This document shows, one piece after another, positions 30,855-40,705 of a stretch of DNA of 48,007 nt; positions within the stretch are counted from its first letter, which is position 1; every line of letters starts with the position of its first letter. The translations under genes and the position numbers were made by a program. Source of the stretch: an uncultured Clostridia bacterium (GTDB taxonomy: Bacteria > Bacillota > Clostridia > TANB77 > CAG-508). Below the pieces are notes generated by a model. That model did no database searches, was not told the DNA's origin, and worked only from the letters and a program-made list of their open reading frames with translations. The stretch is from contig CANRES010000004.1 of assembly GCA_947629625.1 (NCBI GenBank), forward strand, positions 1 through 48,007, read 5' to 3'.

Positions 30855-32714
30855 ATGGACAAAATAATAGATAACATAAATTCAGTAGAAGATGTAAAGA
30901 AATTAACAATAGAAGAAAAAAAACAACTAGCGCAAGAAATTAGAGAATTCATAATAGAAACAGTATCAAAAACAGGGGGGCATCTTGCATCAAATTTAGG
31001 AGTTGTAGAATTAACAATTGCTTTACATTCAATATTTGATGTACCAAAAGATAAAATAGTATGGGACGTAGGACATCAAACTTACGTGCATAAAATACTA
31101 ACAGGGAGAAAAGATAAATTAAATACAATAAGAACACTAAATGGACTAGCAGGATTTCCAAAAGTGTGTGAATCAGAATGCGATTGTTTTAATACAGGTC
31201 ATAGTAGCACATCAATATCAGTAGCACTAGGAATGGCAAAATCAAGAGATTTAAAACAAGAAAAAAATAGTGTAATAGCAGTAATAGGAGATGGAGCACT
31301 TACAGGAGGAATGGCATTAGAAGCCTTAAATAATGCAGCAAGCCTAAATACCAACATAATTGTAATTTTAAACGATAATGAAATGAGCATATCAAAAAAT
31401 GTTGGTGGAATTTCAATGAGTCTTAGTAGACTTAGAACAAAAAAGTTTTATACAAAATCTAATAAATATGTAAAAAGCGCATTAGGAAAACTACCAAAAC
31501 AAGGTAAAAAATTTATAAGATTTATTAGAAAAATAAAATATAGTATCAAGCAATTAATATTACCAAACATGCTATTTGAAGACTTAGGCTTTAAATATTT
31601 AGGACCAGTTGATGGTCATAATATTGAAAAACTAGAAGACTTATTAAGAATTGCAAAAGACATAGACGGACCAATATTAATACATGTAATAACAAAAAAA
31701 GGCAAAGGTTACAAGCCAGCAGAAGAAAATCCAGATAAATTCCATAGTAGTTCTAGTTTTGATATTGAAACAGGTAAACCTTTAAAAGAAAAGAAAGAAG
31801 ATTATTCTAATACATTTGGAAAAAAGATAGTAGAACTTGCAAAAGAAAACAAAAATATTGTAGCAATTACAGCTTCAATGAAAGATGGTACAGGTTTAAC
31901 AGAATTTGCAAAAGAATTTCCTGAAAGATTTTTTGATGTTGGAATTGCAGAACAACACGCATTAGGAGTTGCAGCAGGACTTGCAAGTCAAGGACTTATA
32001 CCAATAATACCAATATATTCTTCATTTTATCAAAGAGCATATGATCAAGTAATACATGATATATGTATTCAAAAATTACCAGTTATCATGTGTGTAGATA
32101 GAGCAGGAATTGTTGGAAATGATGGAGAAACACATCAAGGAATATATGATTTATCATTTTTTAACATTGTACCAAATCTAACAATTATGGCACCAAAAGA
32201 TTTTAAAGAATTAGAAAATATGTTAGAATTTGCAATAAATTTAAAAGCACCAGTTGTTATAAGATACCCAAAGGGAAGTGAAGGGAAAAATAAAGTTGAA
32301 ACAGAAACAGAAATACAACTTGGAAAAGCAGAAAAAATAAATGATGGACAAGACCTAACAATTGTTGCAATTGGAAAAATGGTAGATAGGGCAATAGAAA
32401 TATCAAAAATATTAAAAGAACAAAATATAAATGTAGACTTAATAAATGCAAGATTTTTAAAACCATTAGATGAAGAAACAATATTAAATTCTATAATAAA
32501 AACTAAAAAAGTAATTACAATAGAAGATAATATTATAAAAGGTGGTTTAGGAAGTAGTATAGAAGAAGTAATAATAAAAAATAATATAAAAGATATAAAA
32601 TTTAAAAAATTTGGATATCCAGATAAATTTATACAACATGGAAATATAGAAGAATTAGAAAAAATATATAAATTAGATACAAATAGTATTATAGAAGAAA
32701 TAAAAAAATTATAA
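30855..32714 (+). CDS. dxs: 1-deoxy-D-xylulose-5-phosphate synthase
   Basis: GGHLASNLGVVELT, WDVGHQ, GDGALTGGMALEALN, DVGIAEQHA, DGETHQG. Confidence 0.97.
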   Translation: MDKIIDNINSVEDVKKLTIEEKKQLAQEIREFIIETVSKTGGHLASNLGVVELTIALHSIFDVPKDKIVWDVGHQTYVHKILTGRKDKLNTIRTLNGLAGFPKVCESECDCFNTGHSSTSISVALGMAKSRDLKQEKNSVIAVIGDGALTGGMALEALNNAASLNTNIIVILNDNEMSISKNVGGISMSLSRLRTKKFYTKSNKYVKSALGKLPKQGKKFIRFIRKIKYSIKQLILPNMLFEDLGFKYLGPVDGHNIEKLEDLLRIAKDIDGPILIHVITKKGKGYKPAEENPDKFHSSSSFDIETGKPLKEKKEDYSNTFGKKIVELAKENKNIVAITASMKDGTGLTEFAKEFPERFFDVGIAEQHALGVAAGLASQGLIPIIPIYSSFYQRAYDQVIHDICIQKLPVIMCVDRAGIVGNDGETHQGIYDLSFFNIVPNLTIMAPKDFKELENMLEFAINLKAPVVIRYPKGSEGKNKVETETEIQLGKAEKINDGQDLTIVAIGKMVDRAIEISKILKEQNINVDLINARFLKPLDEETILNSIIKTKKVITIEDNIIKGGLGSSIEEVIIKNNIKDIKFKKFGYPDKFIQHGNIEELEKIYKLDTNSIIEEIKKL

Positions 32715-32727
32715 AAGGATGTTTAAT

Positions 32728-32919
32728 ATGTTAAAAATATTTTTATTAATATTAGGTTTACTATTAGCAACATTTGGAGTTATAATGATATATGATGCAA
32801 GACTAATAACAAAGAAAATGTTTAGTTTTGGAGACCAAAATGAAGCAACAAGTGGATTAAAAATAGTAGGATTTATATTATCAATAATAGGTGCTTTACT
32901 AATTTACTTTAATTTTTAA
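32728..32919 (+). CDS. Small two-TM membrane protein, unknown function
   Basis: Two hydrophobic helices around YDARLITKKMFSFGDQNEATSG; likely start ATG 32728 after AAGGATG; fills the operon gap. Confidence 0.7.
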   Translation: MLKIFLLILGLLLATFGVIMIYDARLITKKMFSFGDQNEATSGLKIVGFILSIIGALLIYFNF

Positions 32920-32931
32920 AAGGAGAATAAA

Positions 32932-34083
32932 ATGTTAAAAAGTACAAATAAAATTTTAATAACATTAGTATCTATTCTAATACTTTTATTAATTATAGCA
33001 GTAGTATTATTTTCAATAGTAATAAAAAATACAAGTAAAGAAGAAGAAAATAAAGCAACTGCAATGGCAGAAAATACATTAAATCTTATAGATATTGAAC
33101 AAGTAGAAAAAAATCAAAATGTTTTAGTTGCATATTTAGGAGAAAACAATTTAGATGGTAGTGTTATAGAAATTGGAACAGATAAAATAAATAATGTGGT
33201 AGAAAATAATTTAGCACCATATTATATAAAAGTAAATGTTCAAACAAATACAATAACAATATATAAAAAAGATGGAAATGGAAATTATAATATTCCATTA
33301 AAAGCAATGATATGTTCATGCGGAAGTGAAACACCAGTTGAAGGAACATTTAGTTTAAAAAAATATAATAACTGGCAATGGAAAACAATTTCAGGAAGAC
33401 AATATGTGCAATATGCTTCACAAATATCAGGAGATATATTGTTACAATCAGTTCCATATACTGTAAAAGGAGATAAATCTAGTTTAAATTATGAAGAATA
33501 TGATAAACTAGGAACATTTTCAACACAAAGTTCTATTTCTTTACAAGTAATAGATGCAAAATGGATATATGAAAATTGTCCTGCTGGAACACAAATAACT
33601 TTTTATACAGAAGAAACTCCGGGACCACTTGGAAAACCAACATCACAATTAATAACAGAAGATGAACAAGTAAGAGGTTGGGACCCAACAGATCCAGAAG
33701 AAAATAATCCTTGGAAAAATTATGTAAGACCTGAAAAGAAAGAAGAAGATAATCAAACAAATAACAATGTTTTAAATGAAAATATACTTAACCAAAATAC
33801 AGTAAATGAAAATACATTAAATAATGATATGCAAAACAATAACAATTTAAATAATACATTAGATAATAACAACCTAAATAATAATAACTTAAATAATAAC
33901 ACATTAAACGATAATAATGTAGGAAATTTAGTTAATAGTAATACAGTAGATAACAATAATTTAAACAACAATGAGGTTAATAATAATCAAACAAACAATA
34001 ATAGAGTACCAGAAAATAGGGTATTAGAAGAAAATGATGATGTAGTAATTAAAAGTGAAGTAATAGATACAAATACACTTTAA
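32932..34083 (+). CDS. Membrane-anchored L,D-transpeptidase (YkuD-like) domain protein, probably inactive, with Asn-rich tail
   Basis: N-terminal TM; PYYIKVN, AMICSCG..TP.GTF, YVQYASQI.GDILLQSVPY, EEYDKLG, DAKWIYENCPAGT, GWDPTDP. Catalytic His and Cys positions read Gln and Ser. Confidence 0.75.
   Translation: MLKSTNKILITLVSILILLLIIAVVLFSIVIKNTSKEEENKATAMAENTLNLIDIEQVEKNQNVLVAYLGENNLDGSVIEIGTDKINNVVENNLAPYYIKVNVQTNTITIYKKDGNGNYNIPLKAMICSCGSETPVEGTFSLKKYNNWQWKTISGRQYVQYASQISGDILLQSVPYTVKGDKSSLNYEEYDKLGTFSTQSSISLQVIDAKWIYENCPAGTQITFYTEETPGPLGKPTSQLITEDEQVRGWDPTDPEENNPWKNYVRPEKKEEDNQTNNNVLNENILNQNTVNENTLNNDMQNNNNLNNTLDNNNLNNNNLNNNTLNDNNVGNLVNSNTVDNNNLNNNEVNNNQTNNNRVPENRVLEENDDVVIKSEVIDTNTL
33751..34035 (+). 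repeat. Asn-rich coding repeat with 5-aa (15-bp) period
   Basis: Units such as LNNNT, LDNNN, LNNNN, LNDNN; DNA TTAAATAATAAC-like. Confidence 0.8.
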
Positions 34084-34107
34084 AATAAAAATATGGGAGG
34101 ATAAAAA

Positions 34108-36525
34108 ATGTTAGATAAAAAATATGATGCACAAGAAAAAGAAAAGAAATGGATGGATTATTGGAAAGACAATAAAATATATGAATTTAAAAGAAATGGA
34201 AAAGAAGTATATTCAATAGATACACCACCACCAACTGTTAATGGAAAAATTCATATTGGACACATCTTTTCATATACACAAACAGAAATGCTTGCAAGAT
34301 ATAAAAGATTAAGAGGATATAATATATTTTATCCATTTGGATTTGACGATAATGGTTTACCTAGTGAAAGACTTGTTGAAAAAGAACAAGGAAAAAGAGC
34401 ACACGAAATAGGTAGAGAAGAATTTTCAAAATTATGTTATGAAACAACAAATAAATATGAAGAAGAATTTAAAGAATTATTTAGCAGAATGGGAGTAAGT
34501 ACAGACTGGAATATACAATATAAAACTGTAAGTCCATCAACAATAAAAATAAGTCAAAAATCATTTTTAGATTTAATAGAAAAAAATTGTTGCTATCATA
34601 AAGAAAGTCCTGCATTATGGTGTAATGAATGTTTAACATCTATTGCACAAGCAGAACTAGAAACAAAAACAATAAAAACTACATTTAACTATATAAACTT
34701 TAAAACTGTTGAGGATAATGAAGAATTTACTATTGCTACAACAAGACCAGAATTATTACCTGCAATAGTATGTGTATTTGTTAATCCTAATGACGAAAAA
34801 CGTAAACATTTAATAGGAAAAACCGCAAAAATACCAGTAATAGATGTTGAAGTACCAATAATGGCAGACGAAAAAGTTGCAATGGATAAAGGTACAGGTA
34901 TTGTTATGTGCTGTACATTTGGAGACCAAACAGATATTGAATGGTGGAAAAAATATAAATTACCATTAAAATATATATTAACTGATAATGGAAGAATTAT
35001 AGATTCTGTTCCAAAATATGGTGGATTAAAAATAAAAGAAGCAAGAAAACAAATAATAGAAGATTTACAAAATGGTGGATATGTTGTAAAAATAGAAGAG
35101 TTAGAACATGAAGTACAAACACATGAAAGATGTGGAAAAGAAGTAGAATATGCTGTAATGAAACAATGGTTTATAGATACAATAAATCATAAAGAAGATT
35201 TCTTAAAAATAGGAGACGAAATAAATTGGCATCCAGCACACATGAAAACAAGATATATAGAATGGGTAAATAATATAGCATGGGACTGGTGTATTTCAAG
35301 ACAAAGATATTTTGGTGTACCATTCCCAGTATGGTATTGTAAAAAATGTGGTGAGCCAATATTTGCAAGAAAAGAAGATTTACCAGTAAATCCATTAGTA
35401 GATAAACCAAAATGCTCAAAATGTCCAAAATGTGGTAGTGAAGAAATAGTTCCAGAAACAGATGTAATGGATACATGGGCAACATCATCAGTAACTCCAT
35501 TAATAAATATGAGATATGATGAACAAGAAAATTATGAAGATATATTAAAACCTATGAGTTTAAGAACAAATGCTAGTGAAATAATAAGAACATGGGATTT
35601 TTATACAATAGTAAAAAGTTTCTATCATTTCAAACAAAGACCATGGAACAATGTTATGATTTCAGGCTTTGTTATGGCAAGTAAAGGAGAAAAAATAAGT
35701 AAAAGTAAAGGAAATAGTAAAGTTGAGCCAATAGACTTAATAAATCAATATTCAGCAGATGTAATAAGATATTGGGCAGGAACAGGAAGACTTGGAACAG
35801 ATATAGTATTTAGTGAAGAAACTTTATTACGTGGAAAGAAATTAATAAATAAGATATGGAATGTTTCAAAATTTATTGAAATGCACCTAACAGATTTTGA
35901 AGATAAAGAATTTAATGATTTTGAATATATAGATAAATGGATATTAGGAAATTTCCAAGAAGTAGAAAAATCTTTTATAAATTATTTAGAAGAATATGAA
36001 GTAGGTTTAGCATTAAATACATTAGAAAAATTTTTCTGGGAATTTTGCGATAATTATATAGAAATAGTAAAACATAGATTATATAGACCAGAGGAGTTTG
36101 GAGAAACACCAAGATATAGTGGACAAAAAACAGTATATATTATACTATACAAATTATTACAAGATTTTAGTATATTCTTCCCATTTATAACAGAAGAAAT
36201 ATTCCAAGAACTATATCATAATAATAAATCAATTCATACAACAGAAATAAAACCATTAAACTATAATTTTGTAAACGAAATAAAAAACGGAGATAAAATA
36301 GTTGAAATAATAAGTCAAGCAAGAGGAGCAAAAACAAATAGTAATGTATCTTTAAAAACACCTATAAAAAATTTAGAAATAGGGTTATCAAAAGAATTAG
36401 AAGAAGCGGTTAATAAATCTATAAAAGACTTTAAAGCAACACTATTTATTGAAAATATTAATATAAAACCAATAGATAAAGATTATGAAATATACAATAT
36501 AGAATTAAATTTAGACCAAGAATAA
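34108..36525 (+). CDS. valS: Valyl-tRNA synthetase, archaeal-like (type 2)
   Basis: YSIDTPPPTVNGKIHIGH, PFGFDDNGLPSE, WDWCISRQRYFGVPFP, MDTWATSS, EIIRTW, KISKSKGN; 805 aa, no bacterial C-terminal coiled coil. Confidence 0.93.
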   Translation: MLDKKYDAQEKEKKWMDYWKDNKIYEFKRNGKEVYSIDTPPPTVNGKIHIGHIFSYTQTEMLARYKRLRGYNIFYPFGFDDNGLPSERLVEKEQGKRAHEIGREEFSKLCYETTNKYEEEFKELFSRMGVSTDWNIQYKTVSPSTIKISQKSFLDLIEKNCCYHKESPALWCNECLTSIAQAELETKTIKTTFNYINFKTVEDNEEFTIATTRPELLPAIVCVFVNPNDEKRKHLIGKTAKIPVIDVEVPIMADEKVAMDKGTGIVMCCTFGDQTDIEWWKKYKLPLKYILTDNGRIIDSVPKYGGLKIKEARKQIIEDLQNGGYVVKIEELEHEVQTHERCGKEVEYAVMKQWFIDTINHKEDFLKIGDEINWHPAHMKTRYIEWVNNIAWDWCISRQRYFGVPFPVWYCKKCGEPIFARKEDLPVNPLVDKPKCSKCPKCGSEEIVPETDVMDTWATSSVTPLINMRYDEQENYEDILKPMSLRTNASEIIRTWDFYTIVKSFYHFKQRPWNNVMISGFVMASKGEKISKSKGNSKVEPIDLINQYSADVIRYWAGTGRLGTDIVFSEETLLRGKKLINKIWNVSKFIEMHLTDFEDKEFNDFEYIDKWILGNFQEVEKSFINYLEEYEVGLALNTLEKFFWEFCDNYIEIVKHRLYRPEEFGETPRYSGQKTVYIILYKLLQDFSIFFPFITEEIFQELYHNNKSIHTTEIKPLNYNFVNEIKNGDKIVEIISQARGAKTNSNVSLKTPIKNLEIGLSKELEEAVNKSIKDFKATLFIENINIKPIDKDYEIYNIELNLDQE

Positions 36526-36539
36526 GAGGAGGAAACAAT

Positions 36540-39302
36540 ATGTGCGAAGAAAAAAAGGATTATAGTAAAACATTAAATTTGCCACAAACAGATTTCCCAA
36601 TGAGAGGAAACTTACCAGAAAATGAACCAAAAATATTTGAAGAAATATTTGAAAATAATTTATATGAAAAAATGTTGAAAAAAAATGAAGGGAAGAAATC
36701 ATTTGTATTACATGATGGACCACCTTATGCAAACGGTGAAATACATGCAGGTCATGCTATAAATAAAGTATTAAAAGATACAATAGTTAGATATAAAAAT
36801 TTAAGAGGATATTACACACCATTCATTCCGGGTTTTGATACACATGGTATGCCAACAGAGAAAAAAGCAATAGAAAAATTAGGATTAAATAGAGATGAAA
36901 TACCAGTATCACAATTTAGGGATACATGTAAACAATTTACACAAGAATATAAAGATAAACAAATAGAAGGTTTTAAAAGATTAGGTGTATTAGGAGATTG
37001 GAAAAATCCATATATAACTTATGATCCTAAAATAGAAGCAAAACAATTAGGCGTATTTGGGGAAATGTATAAAAGAGGTTATATATATAAAGGATTAAAA
37101 CCTGTATATTGGTGCACAGACTGTGAAACTGCATTAGCAGAAGCAGAAATAGAATATAAAGATGTAAGTTCAAATACAGTATATGTAAAATTTCCTGTAA
37201 TAGATAGTAAAGGATTATTTGATGTAAAAAATACATATATGGTAATATGGACAACTACACCATGGACATTGCCGGGTAATACTGGTATTACAATAGGATC
37301 AGACTTTAAATATAGTTTAGTAGATATAGAAGATTGCAAAGTAATTATAGCAAGTGAACTTGTTGAAAATGTAATGAAAATTGCAAAAATAGAAAATTAT
37401 AAAACTATAAAAGAATTTGAAGGTAAAGATTTAGAAGGAATAAAATGTAAACACCCATTTTTAGATAGAGAATCAAAAGTTGTACTTGGTAGTGATGATA
37501 CAATATTAGTAGAATTAGATACAGGTACAGGTGCAGTTCATACAGCACCGGGTTATGGTAAAGAAGACTATTTATGTGGTATAAAAAATGGATTAGAAAT
37601 AATAGTAACAGTAGATGAAAAAGGACATCAAACAGAAGGTGCAGGAATATTTGCTGGAATGTATTATGCAAAATCAGATAAAGAAATAGCAAAATGGTTA
37701 GAAGAAAATAATTTATTATTAGCAAAACAAGAAATAGTTCACTCATACCCACATTGTTGGAGATGTAAACACCCAGTAATATATAGAGCAACAAGCCAAT
37801 GGTTTGCTTCAATAGAAGGATTTAGAAAAAAAGCGTTAGAAGCAATTAAAACAGTAAAATGGTATCCTGCATGGGGAGAAGAAAGAATTACAAAAATGAT
37901 AGAAGATAGAAACGACTGGTGTATATCTCGTCAAAGAACATGGGGAGTTCCATTACCAATATTCTATTGTAAAGAATGTGGAAAAGAGTATGTAACAAGT
38001 GAAAGTTTAGATAAAATAATAAACATTGTTAGAGAAAAAGGCACAAATGCTTGGTTTGATATGACAGAAAAAGAATTAATGCCAGAAGGTGCAAAATGTA
38101 GTGAATGTGGATGTACAGAATTCAAAAAAGAGACAGACATAATGGACGTATGGTTTGATTCTGGTTCTACACATGAATCAGTTATTGCAGAAAGAGGAAT
38201 AGCAGAACCAGATTTATATTTAGAAGGAAACGACCAATATAGAGGATGGTTCCAGTCTTCATTATTAACATCTGTTGCAACAAAAGATAAAGCACCATAT
38301 AAAGAAATAGTTACTCATGGTATGCTAGTAGATGAGCAAGGAAGAAAAATGTCAAAAAGTTTAGGAAATGTTATATCACCACAAGATATAATAAAAGAAT
38401 TTGGGGCAGATATATTAAGACTTTGGGTTTTATCTTCAGATTATAAATCAGAACTTGCATTATCAAAAAATATATTAAAACAAGTATCAGAAGTTTATAG
38501 AAAAATAAGAAATACTGCAAGATATATTTTAGGAAATATTAACGATTTTAATGTAAATGAACCTGTAAAATATGAAGATTTACAAGAAATAGATAAATGG
38601 GCGTTATTAAAATTAAATAGATTAATAAAAGACTGCATAAAAGCTTATGACGAATACGATTTTAATAAAGCGTACCAAGCATTAAATACATTCTGCGTTG
38701 TAGATATGAGTAATTTCTATTTAGATATTATAAAAGATAGACTTTATACATGTAAATCAAATTCTATTGAAAGAAGATCTGCACAAACGGCAATGTATGA
38801 AATTTTACAAGCATTAGTTAAAATATTAGCACCTATGGCATGTTTTACGGCAGAAGAAATATGGAAATATATGCCTCATAAAGACGGAGAAAATACAGAA
38901 AGTGTTATGCTTTCATATTATCCAGAAGTAAATGAAAAATATGAAAATAGTGAATTAGAAGAAAAATGGAATAAAATTATAAAAGTTAAAGAAATAGTTG
39001 CAAAAGAATTAGAAGTAGCAAGAACAGAAAAAATTATAGGACACTCTTTAAATGCAAAAGTAATAATATATGCAGATGGAGAGGAATATAAATTCTTAAA
39101 AGAAAATGAAGAATTAATATTACCAGTTTTAATTGTTTCAGCATTAGAAATTCAAAATAAAAAGGTAGATAACGAAATTGAAGTAAAAGTAGAAGTTGCA
39201 CCGGGTGAAAAATGTGAAAGATGCTGGATGTATTCTGAAACAGTAGGAGAAGATAAAGAAAATCCTACAATATGTAAAAGATGCAGTAATGCACTTAAAT
39301 AA
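36540..39302 (+). CDS. ileS: Isoleucyl-tRNA synthetase, type 1
   Basis: LHDGPPYANGEIHAGH, WTTTPWTLP, DWCISRQRTWGVP, EGNDQYRGWFQSS, KMSKS, C-terminal Zn finger CERCW...CKRC. Confidence 0.98.
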   Translation: MCEEKKDYSKTLNLPQTDFPMRGNLPENEPKIFEEIFENNLYEKMLKKNEGKKSFVLHDGPPYANGEIHAGHAINKVLKDTIVRYKNLRGYYTPFIPGFDTHGMPTEKKAIEKLGLNRDEIPVSQFRDTCKQFTQEYKDKQIEGFKRLGVLGDWKNPYITYDPKIEAKQLGVFGEMYKRGYIYKGLKPVYWCTDCETALAEAEIEYKDVSSNTVYVKFPVIDSKGLFDVKNTYMVIWTTTPWTLPGNTGITIGSDFKYSLVDIEDCKVIIASELVENVMKIAKIENYKTIKEFEGKDLEGIKCKHPFLDRESKVVLGSDDTILVELDTGTGAVHTAPGYGKEDYLCGIKNGLEIIVTVDEKGHQTEGAGIFAGMYYAKSDKEIAKWLEENNLLLAKQEIVHSYPHCWRCKHPVIYRATSQWFASIEGFRKKALEAIKTVKWYPAWGEERITKMIEDRNDWCISRQRTWGVPLPIFYCKECGKEYVTSESLDKIINIVREKGTNAWFDMTEKELMPEGAKCSECGCTEFKKETDIMDVWFDSGSTHESVIAERGIAEPDLYLEGNDQYRGWFQSSLLTSVATKDKAPYKEIVTHGMLVDEQGRKMSKSLGNVISPQDIIKEFGADILRLWVLSSDYKSELALSKNILKQVSEVYRKIRNTARYILGNINDFNVNEPVKYEDLQEIDKWALLKLNRLIKDCIKAYDEYDFNKAYQALNTFCVVDMSNFYLDIIKDRLYTCKSNSIERRSAQTAMYEILQALVKILAPMACFTAEEIWKYMPHKDGENTESVMLSYYPEVNEKYENSELEEKWNKIIKVKEIVAKELEVARTEKIIGHSLNAKVIIYADGEEYKFLKENEELILPVLIVSALEIQNKKVDNEIEVKVEVAPGEKCERCWMYSETVGEDKENPTICKRCSNALK

Positions 39303-39320
39303 TCTTTTTAGGTGATTTAT

Positions 39321-40181
39321 ATGGAAATAATTATAGGTAAAAATGCAGGTTTTTGTTATGGAGTAAAAAACGCAGTAGTAAACACAGAAGAACAACTAAA
39401 AGAAAATAAAAATATATATTGTTTGGGCGAGTTAGTTCATAATAGGCAAGTAGTAGAAAAACTAGAAAATTCAGGTTTAAAAATTGTAGATAAATTAGCA
39501 GATTCTAAAAATAAGATAATAATAAGAGCACATGGAACAGAAAAAAAGACTTATGAAGATGCTAAAAAAATGAATATAGAAATTTTAGATTATACTTGCC
39601 CAAACGTTTTAAAAATACATAATATTGCAAAAGAGTTTGCAAGTAAGGGATACTATATTTTCTTAATAGGTGAAAAAAAGCACCCAGAAACTATTGGAAA
39701 TATTAGCTTTTGCGGAGAAAATTCGTTTTTAATAGAAAACGAAAATGAAATAAAAGAAGCAATTAATAATTTTGAAAATTCTAAATTAAATAAATTATTA
39801 ATAATAACACAAACAACATTTAGCTTAGAAAAATTTAATTTATATGTAGATATTATAAAAAATAATTTAAATGAAAATGTTGAATTAGTAGTAAAAAATA
39901 CAATTTGTAATGCAACAAAAATAAGGCAAGAAGAAACCGAGCAAATTTCAAAAAAAGTTGATTTTATGATAATTGTTGGCGGAAAAAATAGTTCAAATAC
40001 CAAAAAACTTTTTCAAATTGCTAAAACAAATTGTAAAAATTCAATTATTATAGAAACAAAAGAGGAATTAAATTTAGAGGATATAAAAAATTATAAAACA
40101 ATAGGAATTATGGCAGGTGCATCTACACCAGATTATATTATAGAAGATATATATAACACTATAAGTAATTACATAAATTAG
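39321..40181 (+). CDS. ispH: 4-hydroxy-3-methylbut-2-enyl diphosphate reductase
   Basis: AGFCYGV, LVHN, IRAHG, DYTCP, HPE, NTICNAT..RQ, SSNTKKL, AGASTP. Start reset to 39321. Confidence 0.96.
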   Translation: MEIIIGKNAGFCYGVKNAVVNTEEQLKENKNIYCLGELVHNRQVVEKLENSGLKIVDKLADSKNKIIIRAHGTEKKTYEDAKKMNIEILDYTCPNVLKIHNIAKEFASKGYYIFLIGEKKHPETIGNISFCGENSFLIENENEIKEAINNFENSKLNKLLIITQTTFSLEKFNLYVDIIKNNLNENVELVVKNTICNATKIRQEETEQISKKVDFMIIVGGKNSSNTKKLFQIAKTNCKNSIIIETKEELNLEDIKNYKTIGIMAGASTPDYIIEDIYNTISNYIN

Positions 40182-40210
40182 TTATGGAGTAAAATTTTAA
40201 TCTGTTTTAG

Positions 40211-40239
40211 TTGCAATTACTGAACATTTATGATACAAT
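40211..40239 (+). promoter_or_regulatory. Putative sigmaA promoter of secG/tRNA
   Basis: TTGCAA-N17-TACAAT with TGn extension. Confidence 0.65.
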
Positions 40240-40281
40240 ATTTGTTAGAATTTTATTAGTTACATTAAAGAGGAGGAAAAA

Positions 40282-40530
40282 ATGCAAGTATTAAAATATA
40301 TATTCGTAGTAATAGATATAATAGTTTGCTTAGTATTAACAATTTTATGTCTAATACAGTCAAAAGATGATGAAGGACTATCTTCAACAATTACAGGATC
40401 ATCAACTGGAAACTTTTATGAAAAAAATAAAGGAAAAACAAAACAAGGTAAAATGAAAAAAGCAACAATAATATCAGCAGTTTTATTTGTAGTATTATCA
40501 GTAGTAACATCAATATTATATGTAATCTAA
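40282..40530 (+). CDS. secG: Preprotein translocase subunit SecG
   Basis: 82 aa, two TM helices, loop LIQSKDDEGLSSTITG. Confidence 0.85.
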   Translation: MQVLKYIFVVIDIIVCLVLTILCLIQSKDDEGLSSTITGSSTGNFYEKNKGKTKQGKMKKATIISAVLFVVLSVVTSILYVI

Positions 40531-40560
40531 TAGGAAATTATATAATTTCCTATTTTAAAT

Positions 40561-40635
40561 GGCCCGTTGGTCAAGCGGTTAAGACGCAGCCCTCTCAAGG
40601 CTGAGTGATGGGTTCGATTCCCGTACGGGTCACCA
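40561..40635 (+). tRNA. tRNA-Glu, anticodon CTC
   Basis: Acceptor GGCCCGT/ACGGGTC, anticodon arm CAGCC-CT CTC AA-GGCTG, T-loop GTTCGATTC, encoded CCA. Confidence 0.95.
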
Positions 40636-40705
40636 AAATCATTCCTATGCAAAATTGTATGGGATTTTTTGCTATATAAATATTTAAAATAAAAAGGAAT
40701 AAAAA

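Noticed and set aside
40561-40670. tRNA-Glu as an integration site
   Set aside because: Flanked by core genes (secG, prmC); no integrase and no duplicated tRNA 3' end seen in the window.
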